NCBI GenBank assembly: GCA_964540635.1
Contig: CAZINP010000004.1
Coordinates: 1,336 to 53,305 of the forward strand
Length of the DNA: 51,970 bases
Origin: an uncultured Gammaproteobacteria bacterium
GTDB lineage: Bacteria > Patescibacteriota > Patescibacteriia > Buchananbacterales > UBA6539
Direction of reading: 5' to 3'
Positions 33,324 to 43,881 of this stretch are shown here, one piece after another. The number at the start of each line of letters is the position of its first letter. The first letter of the stretch is position 1. The translations under genes and the position numbers were made by a program. The notes under the pieces were generated by a model that saw only the letters and a program-made list of their open reading frames with translations, did not search any database and had not been told where the DNA came from.

Positions 33324-36300
33324 ATGAGTTTAAAGAACCAGCCACGAAAGAATTTTACACCGCGCAAAGTCGCTTATGAATTGCCGGACTTGATCGAAGT
33401 TCAGAAAGATTCCTATAAATGGTTTCTGGACCAAGGTTTGCAGGAACTTTTTGAAGAAGTTTCTCCGATCAAAGATTTTATTGGTCGCGATTTTGAGCTT
33501 TATTTTGGTAAATACTACCTAGATGAGCCCAAATTTGACGAAGTAACCAGCAAGCAAAAAAATCTAAGCTACGAAGCGCCGATGCGCGTTATGGCTAAGC
33601 TGGTTAATCGCAAAATGGAAAAAATGATTGAACAGGAAGTCTATCTTGGTGATTTTCCTTTGATGACTGATAGAGGCACCTTCATTATTAATGGTATTGA
33701 AAGAGCAATTGTTTCCCAGCTGATTCGTTCAGCCGGTATTTTCTTTACCTCTGAAGTTTATGGCGAACGTAAATATTATGGCGCCAAAATCATTCCTAAT
33801 CGCGGTTCATGGTTGGAGCTGGAAACAGATATTAATAATGTAATTTGGGTTAAAATCGATCGCAAGAGAAAAATTGCCGTTACCTCTCTTTTTAGAATTT
33901 TTGGCTATCAGACCGACGAGGAAATTATGGCGTTGTTTAAAGATGTGGACGTTCATCCGGAGATTAACTATATCCAAAACACTTTGGCCAAAGATACGAC
34001 AAAAAATGAAAGTGATGGTTTTATTGAAGTTTATAAAAGAATAAGGCCGGGCGATTTGGCCACAGTTGATAATGCCAAATCTTTGATTTATGCCATGTTT
34101 TTCAATTTTGAAAGATATGACTTTGGTAAAGTCGGCCGCTATAAAATCAATCAGCGTTTTAACCAAGACTTGGAGATTAATAAAGAAAACAGAGTATTCA
34201 GAGTCCAAGATTTGGTTAATGTAGTTTCTGAAATTATTAAATTGAATATTTCTCAAAAAGATCCGGATGATATTGACCATTTGGGCAATCGTCGTGTTAG
34301 AGCCATTGGTGAATTGGTCCAGAACAAGTTTCGTATCGGTTTAGCCAGAATGGAGCGCATTATCAGAGATAGAATGAGCACATTGGATATTTCTGAAATT
34401 ACTCCGAATCGTTTAATCAATGCCAGACCGGTCATTGGTGCGGTAAAGGAATTTTTCATGTCTTCTCAGCTATCGCAGTTTATGGATCAGACCAATCCGC
34501 TCTCAGAACTTGAACACAAGCGTCGTTTATCGGCCATGGGTCCCGGTGGTTTGTCTCGTGAGCGCGCTGGCTTTGACGTCAGAGACGTGCATCCGACTCA
34601 CTACGGCCGCATTTGTCCGATTGCCACCCCGGAAGGTCCAAACATCGGTTTGGTCGGCCATTTGGCTTGCTATGCCAGAGTAAATGAGTATGGTTTTATT
34701 GAAACGCCTTACAGAAAAATCAAACATAATTTGGCCAATAAAGAAGAAGAGATTGTTAATGAAATTGCTTTTGAAGACATTGTTGATCCTTCAAATAAGA
34801 AAGTATTGGTCAAGCAGGGTGGATTAATCACCGAAAAAGTCGCCAAAGAAATTTCTAAAATTAAAGAGTTGAATAGAATTTTAGTTAAACCGCGTGTGAC
34901 CAAAGAGATTGTTTATTTGACGGCTTTTCAGAGTGAAAACTCAGTGACCACGGCTGCGACAACGCCGATTGACGAGAACGGCTATTTCTTGGTGGAGAAA
35001 TCTGAAGTTAGAAAATACGGCGAACCAAGCATTGAGCACGTGGAAATGATGAATTATATGGATGTGGCTCCGAACCAAATTGTTTCGGTGGCGACTTCTT
35101 TGATTCCTTTTTTGGAACACGACGACGCGGTTAGAGCCTTGATGGGTTCAAACATGCAACGTCAAGCCGTGCCTTGCATTAAGCCTTCATCACCGATTGT
35201 CGGTACCGGCTTGGAAAGAGCAGCGGCCAGAGATTCCGGCCACGTCATTATTTCCAAAACCGACGGTAAGGTTACAGCTATTCAGGGCGATAAAATCGTT
35301 GTAACTTCCGATAAGGGCGAAGTTAACTCCTATCGTTTGAATAAATTTGTCAGATCAAATGCTTCTACCTGCATTAATCAGCGCCCGATTGTTGAAAAGG
35401 GTGAAGCGGTTAAAAAAGGCCAGCCTTTGGCTGATGGCCCGGCAACCGATCAGGGTGAATTGGCTCTTGGTCAAAACATTACCGTCGCTTTTATGGCCTG
35501 GGAAGGTTATAACTATGAAGACGCGATTGTTTTATCCGAAAGGGTAGTTTATAACGATTATTTCACTTCTATTTATATTGAAGATTTTCAGGTTGAAGTT
35601 CGTGACACCAAATTGGGTCCGGAAATTGTAACTTCTGATATTCCCAACATTGGCGAAGAAAAATTAAAAGATTTGGATGCGGAAGGCGTAATCAGAATTG
35701 GCGCCTCCGTTTCATCCGGCGATATTTTGGTTGGTAAAATCACGCCTAAAGGCGAAACCGAACTTTCAGCTGAAGAAAAACTTCTGCGCGCCATTTTCGG
35801 CGATAAGGCCAGAGATGTCAGAGACAGCTCGCTTTATTTGGAACACGGTGAAAAAGGTAAGGTCGTTGACGTTAAAGTTTTCTCGCGTGAAGCCGGCGAT
35901 AAATTGCCTTCCGGCGTAATTAAGATGTATCAAGTTTCCGTTGCCAATTTAAGAAAAATTCAGGTTGGCGATAAAATGGCCGGCCGCCACGGCAACAAGG
36001 GTGTTGTCTCCATTGTTTTGCCGGTGGAAGATATGCCATTTTTATCAGATGGTACGCCGGTTGATATTGTTTTGTCTCCCTTGGGCGTTGTTTCGCGTAT
36101 GAACCTGGGTCAAATTTTGGAAACTCATTTGGGTTTGGCTGCGGAAAAATTAGGTTATAAGGTTGAAAGCCCGGTCCTAGACGGCGTGCCCGAAGAAATG
36201 ATCAGGGAAGAATTGAAGCGCGCTGGTTTTGCCGAAGACGGCAAGATGGATGTTTTTGACGGACGCACCGGTGAGGCTTTTGAACAGCGCGTTACGGTTG

Positions 36301-36707
36301 GTAAGATCTATATGCTCAAGCTTAACCATATGGTTGAAGATAAGATTCATCAGCGCTCAATCGGTCCTTACTCGTTGATTACTCAGCAGCCGCTTGGCGG
36401 TAAAGCGCAATTTGGCGGCCAGCGTTTCGGGGAAATGGAAGTCTGGGCGCTGGAAGCTTATGGCGCGGCCAATATTTTGCAAGAAATTTTGACCATAAAA
36501 TCAGACGACGTTCCCGGCCGTAGCAAGGCTTATGAATCAATTATTAAAGGTGAACCAATAAAGAGGTTAAATATTCCTGAATCCTTCAATGTTTTATTGA
36601 GAGAGCTCAACGGCTTATGTCTCAATATTGATTTGGTGGGTGGCACAAAGGTCGAAGATGAAACGGATAGTAAACCAGAAGAGGGACAGGAATCAAATCC
36701 GGCTTAA
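33324..36707 (+). CDS. rpoB: RNA polymerase beta subunit
   Basis: [46 protein letters not shown]; ATG 33324 preferred over GTG 33258. Confidence 0.98.
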   Translation: MSLKNQPRKNFTPRKVAYELPDLIEVQKDSYKWFLDQGLQELFEEVSPIKDFIGRDFELYFGKYYLDEPKFDEVTSKQKNLSYEAPMRVMAKLVNRKMEKMIEQEVYLGDFPLMTDRGTFIINGIERAIVSQLIRSAGIFFTSEVYGERKYYGAKIIPNRGSWLELETDINNVIWVKIDRKRKIAVTSLFRIFGYQTDEEIMALFKDVDVHPEINYIQNTLAKDTTKNESDGFIEVYKRIRPGDLATVDNAKSLIYAMFFNFERYDFGKVGRYKINQRFNQDLEINKENRVFRVQDLVNVVSEIIKLNISQKDPDDIDHLGNRRVRAIGELVQNKFRIGLARMERIIRDRMSTLDISEITPNRLINARPVIGAVKEFFMSSQLSQFMDQTNPLSELEHKRRLSAMGPGGLSRERAGFDVRDVHPTHYGRICPIATPEGPNIGLVGHLACYARVNEYGFIETPYRKIKHNLANKEEEIVNEIAFEDIVDPSNKKVLVKQGGLITEKVAKEISKIKELNRILVKPRVTKEIVYLTAFQSENSVTTAATTPIDENGYFLVEKSEVRKYGEPSIEHVEMMNYMDVAPNQIVSVATSLIPFLEHDDAVRALMGSNMQRQAVPCIKPSSPIVGTGLERAAARDSGHVIISKTDGKVTAIQGDKIVVTSDKGEVNSYRLNKFVRSNASTCINQRPIVEKGEAVKKGQPLADGPATDQGELALGQNITVAFMAWEGYNYEDAIVLSERVVYNDYFTSIYIEDFQVEVRDTKLGPEIVTSDIPNIGEEKLKDLDAEGVIRIGASVSSGDILVGKITPKGETELSAEEKLLRAIFGDKARDVRDSSLYLEHGEKGKVVDVKVFSREAGDKLPSGVIKMYQVSVANLRKIQVGDKMAGRHGNKGVVSIVLPVEDMPFLSDGTPVDIVLSPLGVVSRMNLGQILETHLGLAAEKLGYKVESPVLDGVPEEMIREELKRAGFAEDGKMDVFDGRTGEAFEQRVTVGKIYMLKLNHMVEDKIHQRSIGPYSLITQQPLGGKAQFGGQRFGEMEVWALEAYGAANILQEILTIKSDDVPGRSKAYESIIKGEPIKRLNIPESFNVLLRELNGLCLNIDLVGGTKVEDETDSKPEEGQESNPA

Positions 36708-36733
36708 TTAATTATATATTAAAAGATACTTAT

Positions 36734-39700
36734 ATGATTGAAGAAAAAAATATCCCGGACTTCAATGCCTTGAAAATCACCTTGGCTTCACCCATGAAGA
36801 TTCATGAGTGGTCTCACGGCGAAGTAACCAAGCCGGAAACAATCAATTACCGCACGCAAAAGCCGGAAAAAGACGGGTTGTTTTGCGAACGCATTTTCGG
36901 CCCTTCAAAAGATTGGGAGTGTTATTGCGGCAAATACAAAAAGATTCGTTATAAGGGCATAGTTTGCGATAAATGCGGCGTTGAAGTAACGCGCTCGGTT
37001 GTTCGTCGTGAACGCATGGGTCATATTGATTTGGCTTGCCCAGCTTCTCATATTTGGTTTTTGCGCGGCGTGCCTTCCAAGATTGGTTTGATGTTGGATT
37101 TGTCACCGCAAGCCATGGAAAAAGTAATTTACTTTGCTGATTTTATCATTACTCATGTAGATGAAGATTTAAAGAAAGAAACTCTTGAACAAATCAGGCA
37201 GGAATTTAAAGCCAAGCGCAAAAAGATTGATGCGGATTTTGCTCAACAACTGAATATGGTTAAAAGCCGCTTGGGTCAAGGCAAAAAAGAAATGACCCCA
37301 GAGCAGCTTGAAGATGAAATGAATAAAGAAACAACAGTTTATGAAGAAGCAAAAAAGGAAAAAATTAAAGAGCTTGAACAGATTTTAAAAATTGTTGAGC
37401 AGGAATTAAAAGAATTAAAACCTCTAAAGATAATCTCCGAACACGTTTATCAGGATTTATCTTTAAAGTACGGCCCGATTTTTGAGGCCGACATTGGCGC
37501 CAGCGCCATTAGACATCTTTTGGAAAAGATTGATTTGGAAAAATTGGTTGCCGAATTGGAACAAGAAATCCTAACCAATTTTACTCCGGCCAGAGAAAAG
37601 ATTCTAAAGCGCTTAAGATTAGCCAGAAATTTTTATAAAAATAATTTGAGACCCGAGTGGATGATTTTAACGGTTATTCCGGTTATTCCGCCGGATTTGA
37701 GACCGATGGTTCCGCTTGATGGTGGTCGTTTTGCCACTTCTGATTTGAATGATTTATATCGTCGTATCATTAATCGCAACAATCGCTTGAAGCAATTGCA
37801 GGAATTGAATGCGCCAGAAGTAATTACCAGAAATGAAAAAAGAATGTTGCAGGAAGCGGTTGACGCTTTGATTGATAACAGTGCCAGACACGGCAAGACA
37901 GTTGTGGCTTCAACCGGCCAAAAGCGTATGTTAAAATCATTGGCCGATATTCTGAAAGGTAAGCAGGGGCGTTTCCGTCAGAACTTGTTGGGTAAACGTA
38001 TTGACTATTCCGGCCGTAGCGTTATCGTTGTTGGTCCTAAATTAAAATTGGGCGAATGCGGTATTCCTAAAAGAATGGCTTTGGAATTATTTAAACCGTT
38101 TGTCATTTCTCAATTAATCAAACGCGAATACGTTCACAATGTCAGATCGGCCAACAGATTTATTGAAGGCGGCCACAATGAAGTTTGGGATATCTTAGAC
38201 GAAATTGTTAAAGACGCTTACGTAATGCTTAACCGCGCTCCGACCTTGCATCGTTTGGGTATTCAGGCTTTTAAGCCGGTTTTGATTGAAGGCAAAGCCA
38301 TTCAGGTTCATCCGATGGTTTGCGAAGCGTTTAATGCTGACTTTGACGGCGACCAGATGGCTGTCCACGTCCCTTTAACTGAAAAGGCTAAGTGGGAAGC
38401 GGGAAATTTGATGTTAGCTTCTAAGAACTTGCTTAAACCGGCAACCGGCGATCCGGTTGCGCGTCCGACCAAAGATATGGTTTGGGGCAGTTATTATATG
38501 ACTACGGTCAGAGAGCCCGCTTCGGGAAAAATCAGAGTGTTTGCCGATCCGCAAGAAGCGATTTTGGCTTATCAACTCAAACATATTTCCATGCAAGATA
38601 AGATTAAGGTGAAAGCCGACGCCTGGATGAAAAAGAAATTAGAATTGGCCGGAATGAAAGAGAATATTGTTGAAACTTCGGTTGGCAATATTTTATTTAA
38701 TCAGGCCTTACCCGATGATTATCAGTATAAGAATAAGATTATGGATAGCAAGCAGTTGCGTATAATTGTAGCCGACTTCTTGGAAAAATATGAATTGGAA
38801 AAGGTGGCGGTTTTACTTGATAAGATTAAAGATCTCGGGTTGAAATATTTAACCAGATCAGGTTACTCCTGGGGTATGGGCGATATGCCGCGCGTAGAAA
38901 AGAAAGCTGAAATTATCAAGCAGGGTGAAGTGGCGGTGGAAGAGGTGGAAGGTCAATATGAAATGGGTTTGCTAACCGACAGTGAGCGCCACACCAAGAT
39001 TATTGAAATTTGGATGAACACCAAAGAAAGTATTGTTAAACTGTCTCAAAATACTCTTGATCAGTTTGGTCCGATTTATACCATGGTTGAATCAGGCGCT
39101 AGAGGTTCTTGGAGTCAGTTGATTCAGATTATTGGTATGAAAGGCTTGGTAACCAACCCGGCCGGCGACATTATGGAATTGCCGGTGAAAGGTAACTTCC
39201 AGGAAGGTTTTGATGTTTTGGAATACTTCATCTCTACTCACGGTGCTAGAAAAGGTTTATCCGATACCGCCCTAAGAACCGCCAGCGCCGGTTATTTGAC
39301 CAGAAGATTAATTGATGTTTCTCAAGAAATCGTAGTTACCGAAGAAGACTGCGGAGATGATCAAGGCCTGGTTTTGACTAAAAAAGAAAGTGAAGCCATC
39401 GGCTTGAATTTGGCTGACAGAATCAAGGGCCGCTTCTTGGTGGAAGACTTGATTGATCCAAAAACCAAGAAAGTGGTTGTTTCCAGCAAGGAAATGATTG
39501 ATTCAAATTTGGTCCAGAAAATTAAAGATATGGATTTGCCCGAGATAAAAGTTCGTTCGGTTTTGACTTGCAGAACCAAACGCGGCTGCTGTCAAAAATG
39601 CTATGGTTGGGATCTGGCCTACAACCGGCCGGTATCAGTCGGTACGGCTGTCGGTATTATCGCCGCCCAAAGTATTGGTGAACCGGGCACTCAGCTGACG

Positions 39701-40657
39701 ATGAGAACCTTCCATACCGGTGGTGTGGCCGGACTTGATATCACTCAAGGTTTACCGAGAGTTGAAGAAATTTTTGAAGCCAGGCCGCCAAAGAATCGCG
39801 CTTTTATTTCCGAAGTTGACGGCTTAGTAAAGATTGAAGAAGCTAAACGCGAAGAACAGAAACTTAATCGCCATCGCACCGTTAAGATTATTCATGAAAG
39901 TTTGGATCAGGACATCTATCCCTTGGGTGCTGACAAGAAAAAAGCTTCTGAAATTTTGATTAAAGACGGTCAGCACGTTAAACGCGAAGAAGCGATATTT
40001 GTTAATAAGAGCGGTGAAAAAGTTTTGGCCAAACGAGAAGGCGTGGCTAAGATTGAAAAAGACTGCATTAGCGTTCAAACCAAAGAACAAAAAGCGACCG
40101 CCTATCAAATTCCGCCGGAATTTCATATTTTGGTTAAAGACGGTGATTTAATTGCCAAGGGTCAGCCCTTAACTAACGGCAGTCTTGATCTAAAACAATT
40201 ATTTACTTTGCAGGGCAAAGAAAGAACCAGTAAATATATTGTTGATGAGATCCAGCAAATTTACTCTTCGCAAGGCCAGAAATTGGATAATCGTCATATT
40301 GAATTAATTGTTAAGCAGATGTTTTCTCGAGTTGAAATTACTGACCCGGGTGATACAGAATTGCTTTCCGGTCAGCGCTTGGAAAAATCAGAGCTGGCTG
40401 AAATCAACGAACTTGCCGCAGCAAACAACGGCAAGCCGGCAGTTGGTGAAGAATTGCTTTTGGGTGTTTCCAAGGTTTCTTTGTCCACTTCCAGCTTTTT
40501 ATCTGCGGCTTCATTTCAAGAGACCTCAAGAGTGCTTATTAATGCTGCGGTTGAAGGCAGGATCGATTATCTCAGGGGCTTAAAAGAAAATGTAATTATC
40601 GGCAGATTGATTCCGGCTGGTACCGGTTTTAAGCCAACAACCGAAGAAAAAAATTAG
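36734..40657 (+). CDS. rpoC: RNA polymerase beta' subunit
   Basis: KPETINYRT, NADFDGDQMAVH, QLTMRTFHTGG, GLKENVIIG. Confidence 0.98.
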   Translation: MIEEKNIPDFNALKITLASPMKIHEWSHGEVTKPETINYRTQKPEKDGLFCERIFGPSKDWECYCGKYKKIRYKGIVCDKCGVEVTRSVVRRERMGHIDLACPASHIWFLRGVPSKIGLMLDLSPQAMEKVIYFADFIITHVDEDLKKETLEQIRQEFKAKRKKIDADFAQQLNMVKSRLGQGKKEMTPEQLEDEMNKETTVYEEAKKEKIKELEQILKIVEQELKELKPLKIISEHVYQDLSLKYGPIFEADIGASAIRHLLEKIDLEKLVAELEQEILTNFTPAREKILKRLRLARNFYKNNLRPEWMILTVIPVIPPDLRPMVPLDGGRFATSDLNDLYRRIINRNNRLKQLQELNAPEVITRNEKRMLQEAVDALIDNSARHGKTVVASTGQKRMLKSLADILKGKQGRFRQNLLGKRIDYSGRSVIVVGPKLKLGECGIPKRMALELFKPFVISQLIKREYVHNVRSANRFIEGGHNEVWDILDEIVKDAYVMLNRAPTLHRLGIQAFKPVLIEGKAIQVHPMVCEAFNADFDGDQMAVHVPLTEKAKWEAGNLMLASKNLLKPATGDPVARPTKDMVWGSYYMTTVREPASGKIRVFADPQEAILAYQLKHISMQDKIKVKADAWMKKKLELAGMKENIVETSVGNILFNQALPDDYQYKNKIMDSKQLRIIVADFLEKYELEKVAVLLDKIKDLGLKYLTRSGYSWGMGDMPRVEKKAEIIKQGEVAVEEVEGQYEMGLLTDSERHTKIIEIWMNTKESIVKLSQNTLDQFGPIYTMVESGARGSWSQLIQIIGMKGLVTNPAGDIMELPVKGNFQEGFDVLEYFISTHGARKGLSDTALRTASAGYLTRRLIDVSQEIVVTEEDCGDDQGLVLTKKESEAIGLNLADRIKGRFLVEDLIDPKTKKVVVSSKEMIDSNLVQKIKDMDLPEIKVRSVLTCRTKRGCCQKCYGWDLAYNRPVSVGTAVGIIAAQSIGEPGTQLTMRTFHTGGVAGLDITQGLPRVEEIFEARPPKNRAFISEVDGLVKIEEAKREEQKLNRHRTVKIIHESLDQDIYPLGADKKKASEILIKDGQHVKREEAIFVNKSGEKVLAKREGVAKIEKDCISVQTKEQKATAYQIPPEFHILVKDGDLIAKGQPLTNGSLDLKQLFTLQGKERTSKYIVDEIQQIYSSQGQKLDNRHIELIVKQMFSRVEITDPGDTELLSGQRLEKSELAEINELAAANNGKPAVGEELLLGVSKVSLSTSSFLSAASFQETSRVLINAAVEGRIDYLRGLKENVIIGRLIPAGTGFKPTTEEKN

Positions 40658-40676
40658 GATTCGTAAAATTTGAGAT

Positions 40677-40705
40677 AGCGCCCCCGAGAAGTCGGGGGCG
40701 CTTTT
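40677..40705 (+). terminator. rpoC terminator
   Basis: AGCGCCCCCGA-GAAG-TCGGGGGCGCT followed by TTT. Confidence 0.85.
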
Positions 40706-40758
40706 AAATAAAAAAAGTGCCAACGGTGGGACCGTTGGCAAGAAGGCCGGCGAAAAGA

Positions 40759-41268
40759 TTACCAGACCCGATTTTCAGCCAGCATTGCGCCGAGGCGCTG
40801 GTCAAAGGTTTGAATTAGAAGGCTCAGCTTTGGATCGCACACGTGCTGAGCTTCGAAGTGAATTCTGACCTGAGCCCGACTTATTGCCTCGTGAATCCTG
40901 TCGTTAAGGGTTGTGGGCACATACGATCCCTGGCAAGACTCAAGAACTCGCTCTTTATTCGAAATCCAGTTCGGCGATGTTTTTTCCCAGCCGGGCATTA
41001 TTTTTTCCATTGCCCTGATAATTCCTAGGTCTTTCTGGTCTGTGCCCAGCTCCCGACCGATTTCGATTTTTTCTTCAATTTTGCCCTTGGTTTTCTCTCT
41101 GAACGCATAATGGGCAAAGACGATCGAAAAGTTTTCGTCGTCATGGATAACACTGGTAAGCAGGGCGAGGCGAACTCTTCTGGTCTCAGGGAAAATTAGC
41201 GCGCGAACAATCACGCGCCTGGAAGAAATTTCCAGGATTTTGGGGATTGATTCGTACTCTTTTGGCAT
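40759..41268 (-). CDS. Hypothetical protein (169 aa)
   Basis: GGAGG 5 nt before ATG; own promoter; hairpin TGCCAACGGT/ACCGTTGGCA plus T tract downstream. Confidence 0.7.
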   Translation of the reverse strand: MPKEYESIPKILEISSRRVIVRALIFPETRRVRLALLTSVIHDDENFSIVFAHYAFREKTKGKIEEKIEIGRELGTDQKDLGIIRAMEKIMPGWEKTSPNWISNKERVLESCQGSYVPTTLNDRIHEAISRAQVRIHFEAQHVCDPKLSLLIQTFDQRLGAMLAENRVW

Positions 41269-41397
41269 TTTTCCTCCAATTGCTAGGCATTAAGCCATTG
41301 CTATGGTTTGGGTTAAGGAACACAAAAAGCCGATTGCCAAAAAAACTGATTTACGGCTACGGCTCAAACAAACAAGGAAACAAAGAACAGATAAAAA

Positions 41398-41476
41398 ATA
41401 TTAACAAAAAAGTGAATAATTGTCAATATTTTGAGGAAAAAAGGGATTTTACGCCCGGCGGGTTTTATGCTAAAAT
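41398..41476. promoter_or_regulatory. Divergent promoters (169-aa gene and ftsK)
   Basis: Minus TTGACA-17-TAATAT (41426-41398); plus TTTACG-17-TAAAAT (41448-41476). Confidence 0.7.
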
Positions 41477-41489
41477 ATATAAAACAAAT

Positions 41490-43877
41490 ATGTCTAGAAA
41501 AAGGAAAAGAAAGGGCGGTATAAACAATCTTCGCGATTTTAATTTTCAGCCGCCGCAAGTTGAAATTTCTCCAGAAACCAAAAGAATTATTGCCATAGTT
41601 TTGCTTTTAGCAACCGGTGCCATTATGTTTTTGAGTTTGTTTGATTTGGCCGGGTTGTTTGGGGTATATTGCAATAAATTTTTGGGTATACTTTTTGGTA
41701 TAAATCGTTGGTATATGCCGGTGATTTTTTTGGCCGCCGGTTACTTTTTACTTCGGCCGGCAAAATATCAGGTCAGTTGGGCTAGCGTCATTGGGGTTAC
41801 GCTTTTTGTTTTCAGTTTTAACGGTCTTTTCCATCTTTTGGCTCATCAATACGAACTGTATCAAGCCGCAATTGAAGGCCAAGGAGGCGGTTTGGTTGGT
41901 TTGGTTTTTTCTTTTTTATTTTTAAAACTTTTCGGTTTCTGGGCCTCAATTATTTTAACCATGGCGCTTTCATTGGTGGGGTTATTTTTAATTTTTGATT
42001 ATGCTTTTTTTGCCGGAATCGGCCAGGGCTTTCAATCTTTCTCCGGATTTTTTGCCAATATCAGAAAATCGCGAGATGAGAAAAAAATAAAAAAATTTCA
42101 GGAGAGAAAAGAAAAAGAATATCTTAAACCGAATCATCATGAAGAAGACGAAGAGGAAAGTTCCGAGAGCGGTTTTGTCAGGCGTCAGGTAAAAATTCCG
42201 GCAGTTGAGGTTGAGCAGGACGGGACAGAAAAGAAAGTTAATGTTGAAGTTAAGGAAGAAGAAAAGCAAGCCAAGCAACTTGATATTGGTTTGAAAACTA
42301 AAATTAAGCAAGTCAAAATCGATTTGCCGGTTGATTTATTGGACGGGCGAACCACCAAACCAAAGGGCGGTGATTTGGCGGCAAATAAATTAATTATTCA
42401 AAAAACTTTGGATAATTTTGGCATTCCGGTTGAAATGGGTGATGCGCAAGTCGGTCCGACTGTTACCCAGTATACTTTTAAGCCCGCCGAAGGCATTAAG
42501 CTCTCAAGAATTACTGCTTTGTCTGACAATTTGGCCTTGGCTTTAGCGGCTCATCCCATTAGAATTGAAGCGCCAATTCCCGGGCGGTCTTTGGTTGGCA
42601 TTGAAGTACCGAACCAGGCAACAGCCATTGTGCCCTTGGGTGATATTTTGAATAGTGAAGAGTTCAGGTATCGTAAGTCAAACCTTTCTGTGGTTTTGGG
42701 TAAGGATGTTATGGGTAAACCTTGGCTTTCTCAATTGGATAAAATGCCGCATTGTTTGATCGCCGGCGCGACTAATTCCGGTAAAAGTGTGTGTATTAAT
42801 ACTTTAATTATCAGTTTGCTTTATCAAAACGGACCGGCTGATTTGAAATTCATCATGGTTGATCCAAAGCGCGTTGAATTGCCGATTTATAATGGCATAC
42901 CGCATTTATTGACGCCGGTAATCACCGATGTCAGAAAAACGATTAATGCTTTGCGCTGGGCAATCGCGGAAATGGAAAAACGTTTTGATATTCTTTCTCA
43001 AGCCAGACACAGAAATATCGGCAGCTATAATATTGCTACTGCCGATAAGATGCCATATATTGTCATTGTTATTGATGAATTGGCCGATTTGATGGCTGCG
43101 GCCGGCGCCGAGGTGGAAGCGGCTATTGTGCGCTTGGCTCAAATGTCTCGCGCGGTTGGCATTCATTTGGTTTTAGCCACTCAACGCCCATCAGTTGACG
43201 TTATTACCGGTACGATCAAGGCTAATATTACGACTCGCATTGCCTTTTCGGTTGCTTCTTTAATTGATTCAAGGACAATTCTTGATACTTCCGGTGCGGA
43301 AAAACTTTTGGGTCGAGGCGATATGCTTTATTTATCAGCCGAAATTTCCAAACCAAAACGTTTGCAGGGCGCGTTTGCATCTGACGATGAAATCAAACGC
43401 ATTACCGATTATTTGAAAAATCAAGAAGAGCCGGATTATATTGATGAAGTGGTTGAAAAAGCGAGTACCGGCGGTTTTGATTCCCCGGCTGACATGAGTT
43501 ACTCTTCAGAAGAGGGCGATCCACTTTTGGGAGAGGCCAAGGATGTTATACTTCAAGCCAAGAAAGCTTCTGCTTCCTTGTTGCAGCGAAGGCTTAGGGT
43601 CGGGTATGCCAGAGCCGCCAGAATTTTAGATTTATTGGAACAGCAAGGCTTTATTGGGCCGGGCGATGGCGCAAAGCCGCGAGAAATATTAGCCGGCAAT
43701 CTTACCTCAAGCTCAAATGCGGAAACTGTCGATTTAGATGAAACCGAAAACGATATTGAAGAAGTTGAGGGTGACGGTGAAGAGGAGATTGACGATCAGG
43801 ATTACGAAGAAGATGAAAACGATGACGAGGAAGGGGACGAAGAGGAAGTAACCGACGACCAGCCTGTAAAATTTTAA
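41490..43877 (+). CDS. ftsK: DNA translocase FtsK/SpoIIIE
   Basis: 4TM N-terminus; IAGATNSGKS, MVDPKRVEL, VIDELADLM, GAEKLLGRGDML; gamma domain SASLLQRRLRVGYARAA; ATG 41490 preferred. Confidence 0.96.
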   Translation: MSRKRKRKGGINNLRDFNFQPPQVEISPETKRIIAIVLLLATGAIMFLSLFDLAGLFGVYCNKFLGILFGINRWYMPVIFLAAGYFLLRPAKYQVSWASVIGVTLFVFSFNGLFHLLAHQYELYQAAIEGQGGGLVGLVFSFLFLKLFGFWASIILTMALSLVGLFLIFDYAFFAGIGQGFQSFSGFFANIRKSRDEKKIKKFQERKEKEYLKPNHHEEDEEESSESGFVRRQVKIPAVEVEQDGTEKKVNVEVKEEEKQAKQLDIGLKTKIKQVKIDLPVDLLDGRTTKPKGGDLAANKLIIQKTLDNFGIPVEMGDAQVGPTVTQYTFKPAEGIKLSRITALSDNLALALAAHPIRIEAPIPGRSLVGIEVPNQATAIVPLGDILNSEEFRYRKSNLSVVLGKDVMGKPWLSQLDKMPHCLIAGATNSGKSVCINTLIISLLYQNGPADLKFIMVDPKRVELPIYNGIPHLLTPVITDVRKTINALRWAIAEMEKRFDILSQARHRNIGSYNIATADKMPYIVIVIDELADLMAAAGAEVEAAIVRLAQMSRAVGIHLVLATQRPSVDVITGTIKANITTRIAFSVASLIDSRTILDTSGAEKLLGRGDMLYLSAEISKPKRLQGAFASDDEIKRITDYLKNQEEPDYIDEVVEKASTGGFDSPADMSYSSEEGDPLLGEAKDVILQAKKASASLLQRRLRVGYARAARILDLLEQQGFIGPGDGAKPREILAGNLTSSSNAETVDLDETENDIEEVEGDGEEEIDDQDYEEDENDDEEGDEEEVTDDQPVKF

Positions 43878-43881
43878 TCTT

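Noticed and set aside
34440-34570. Intrinsic rifampicin-resistance substitutions in RpoB
   Set aside because: SQFMD, the His of EHKRR and the Ser of RRLSA match the sensitive consensus.
41247-41489. 81-aa N-terminal extension of FtsK; similar extensions for rpoB, rpsT, ruvA and the 973 ORF
   Set aside because: The extensions run through promoter or leader DNA; downstream ATGs fit the family starts or SD positions.
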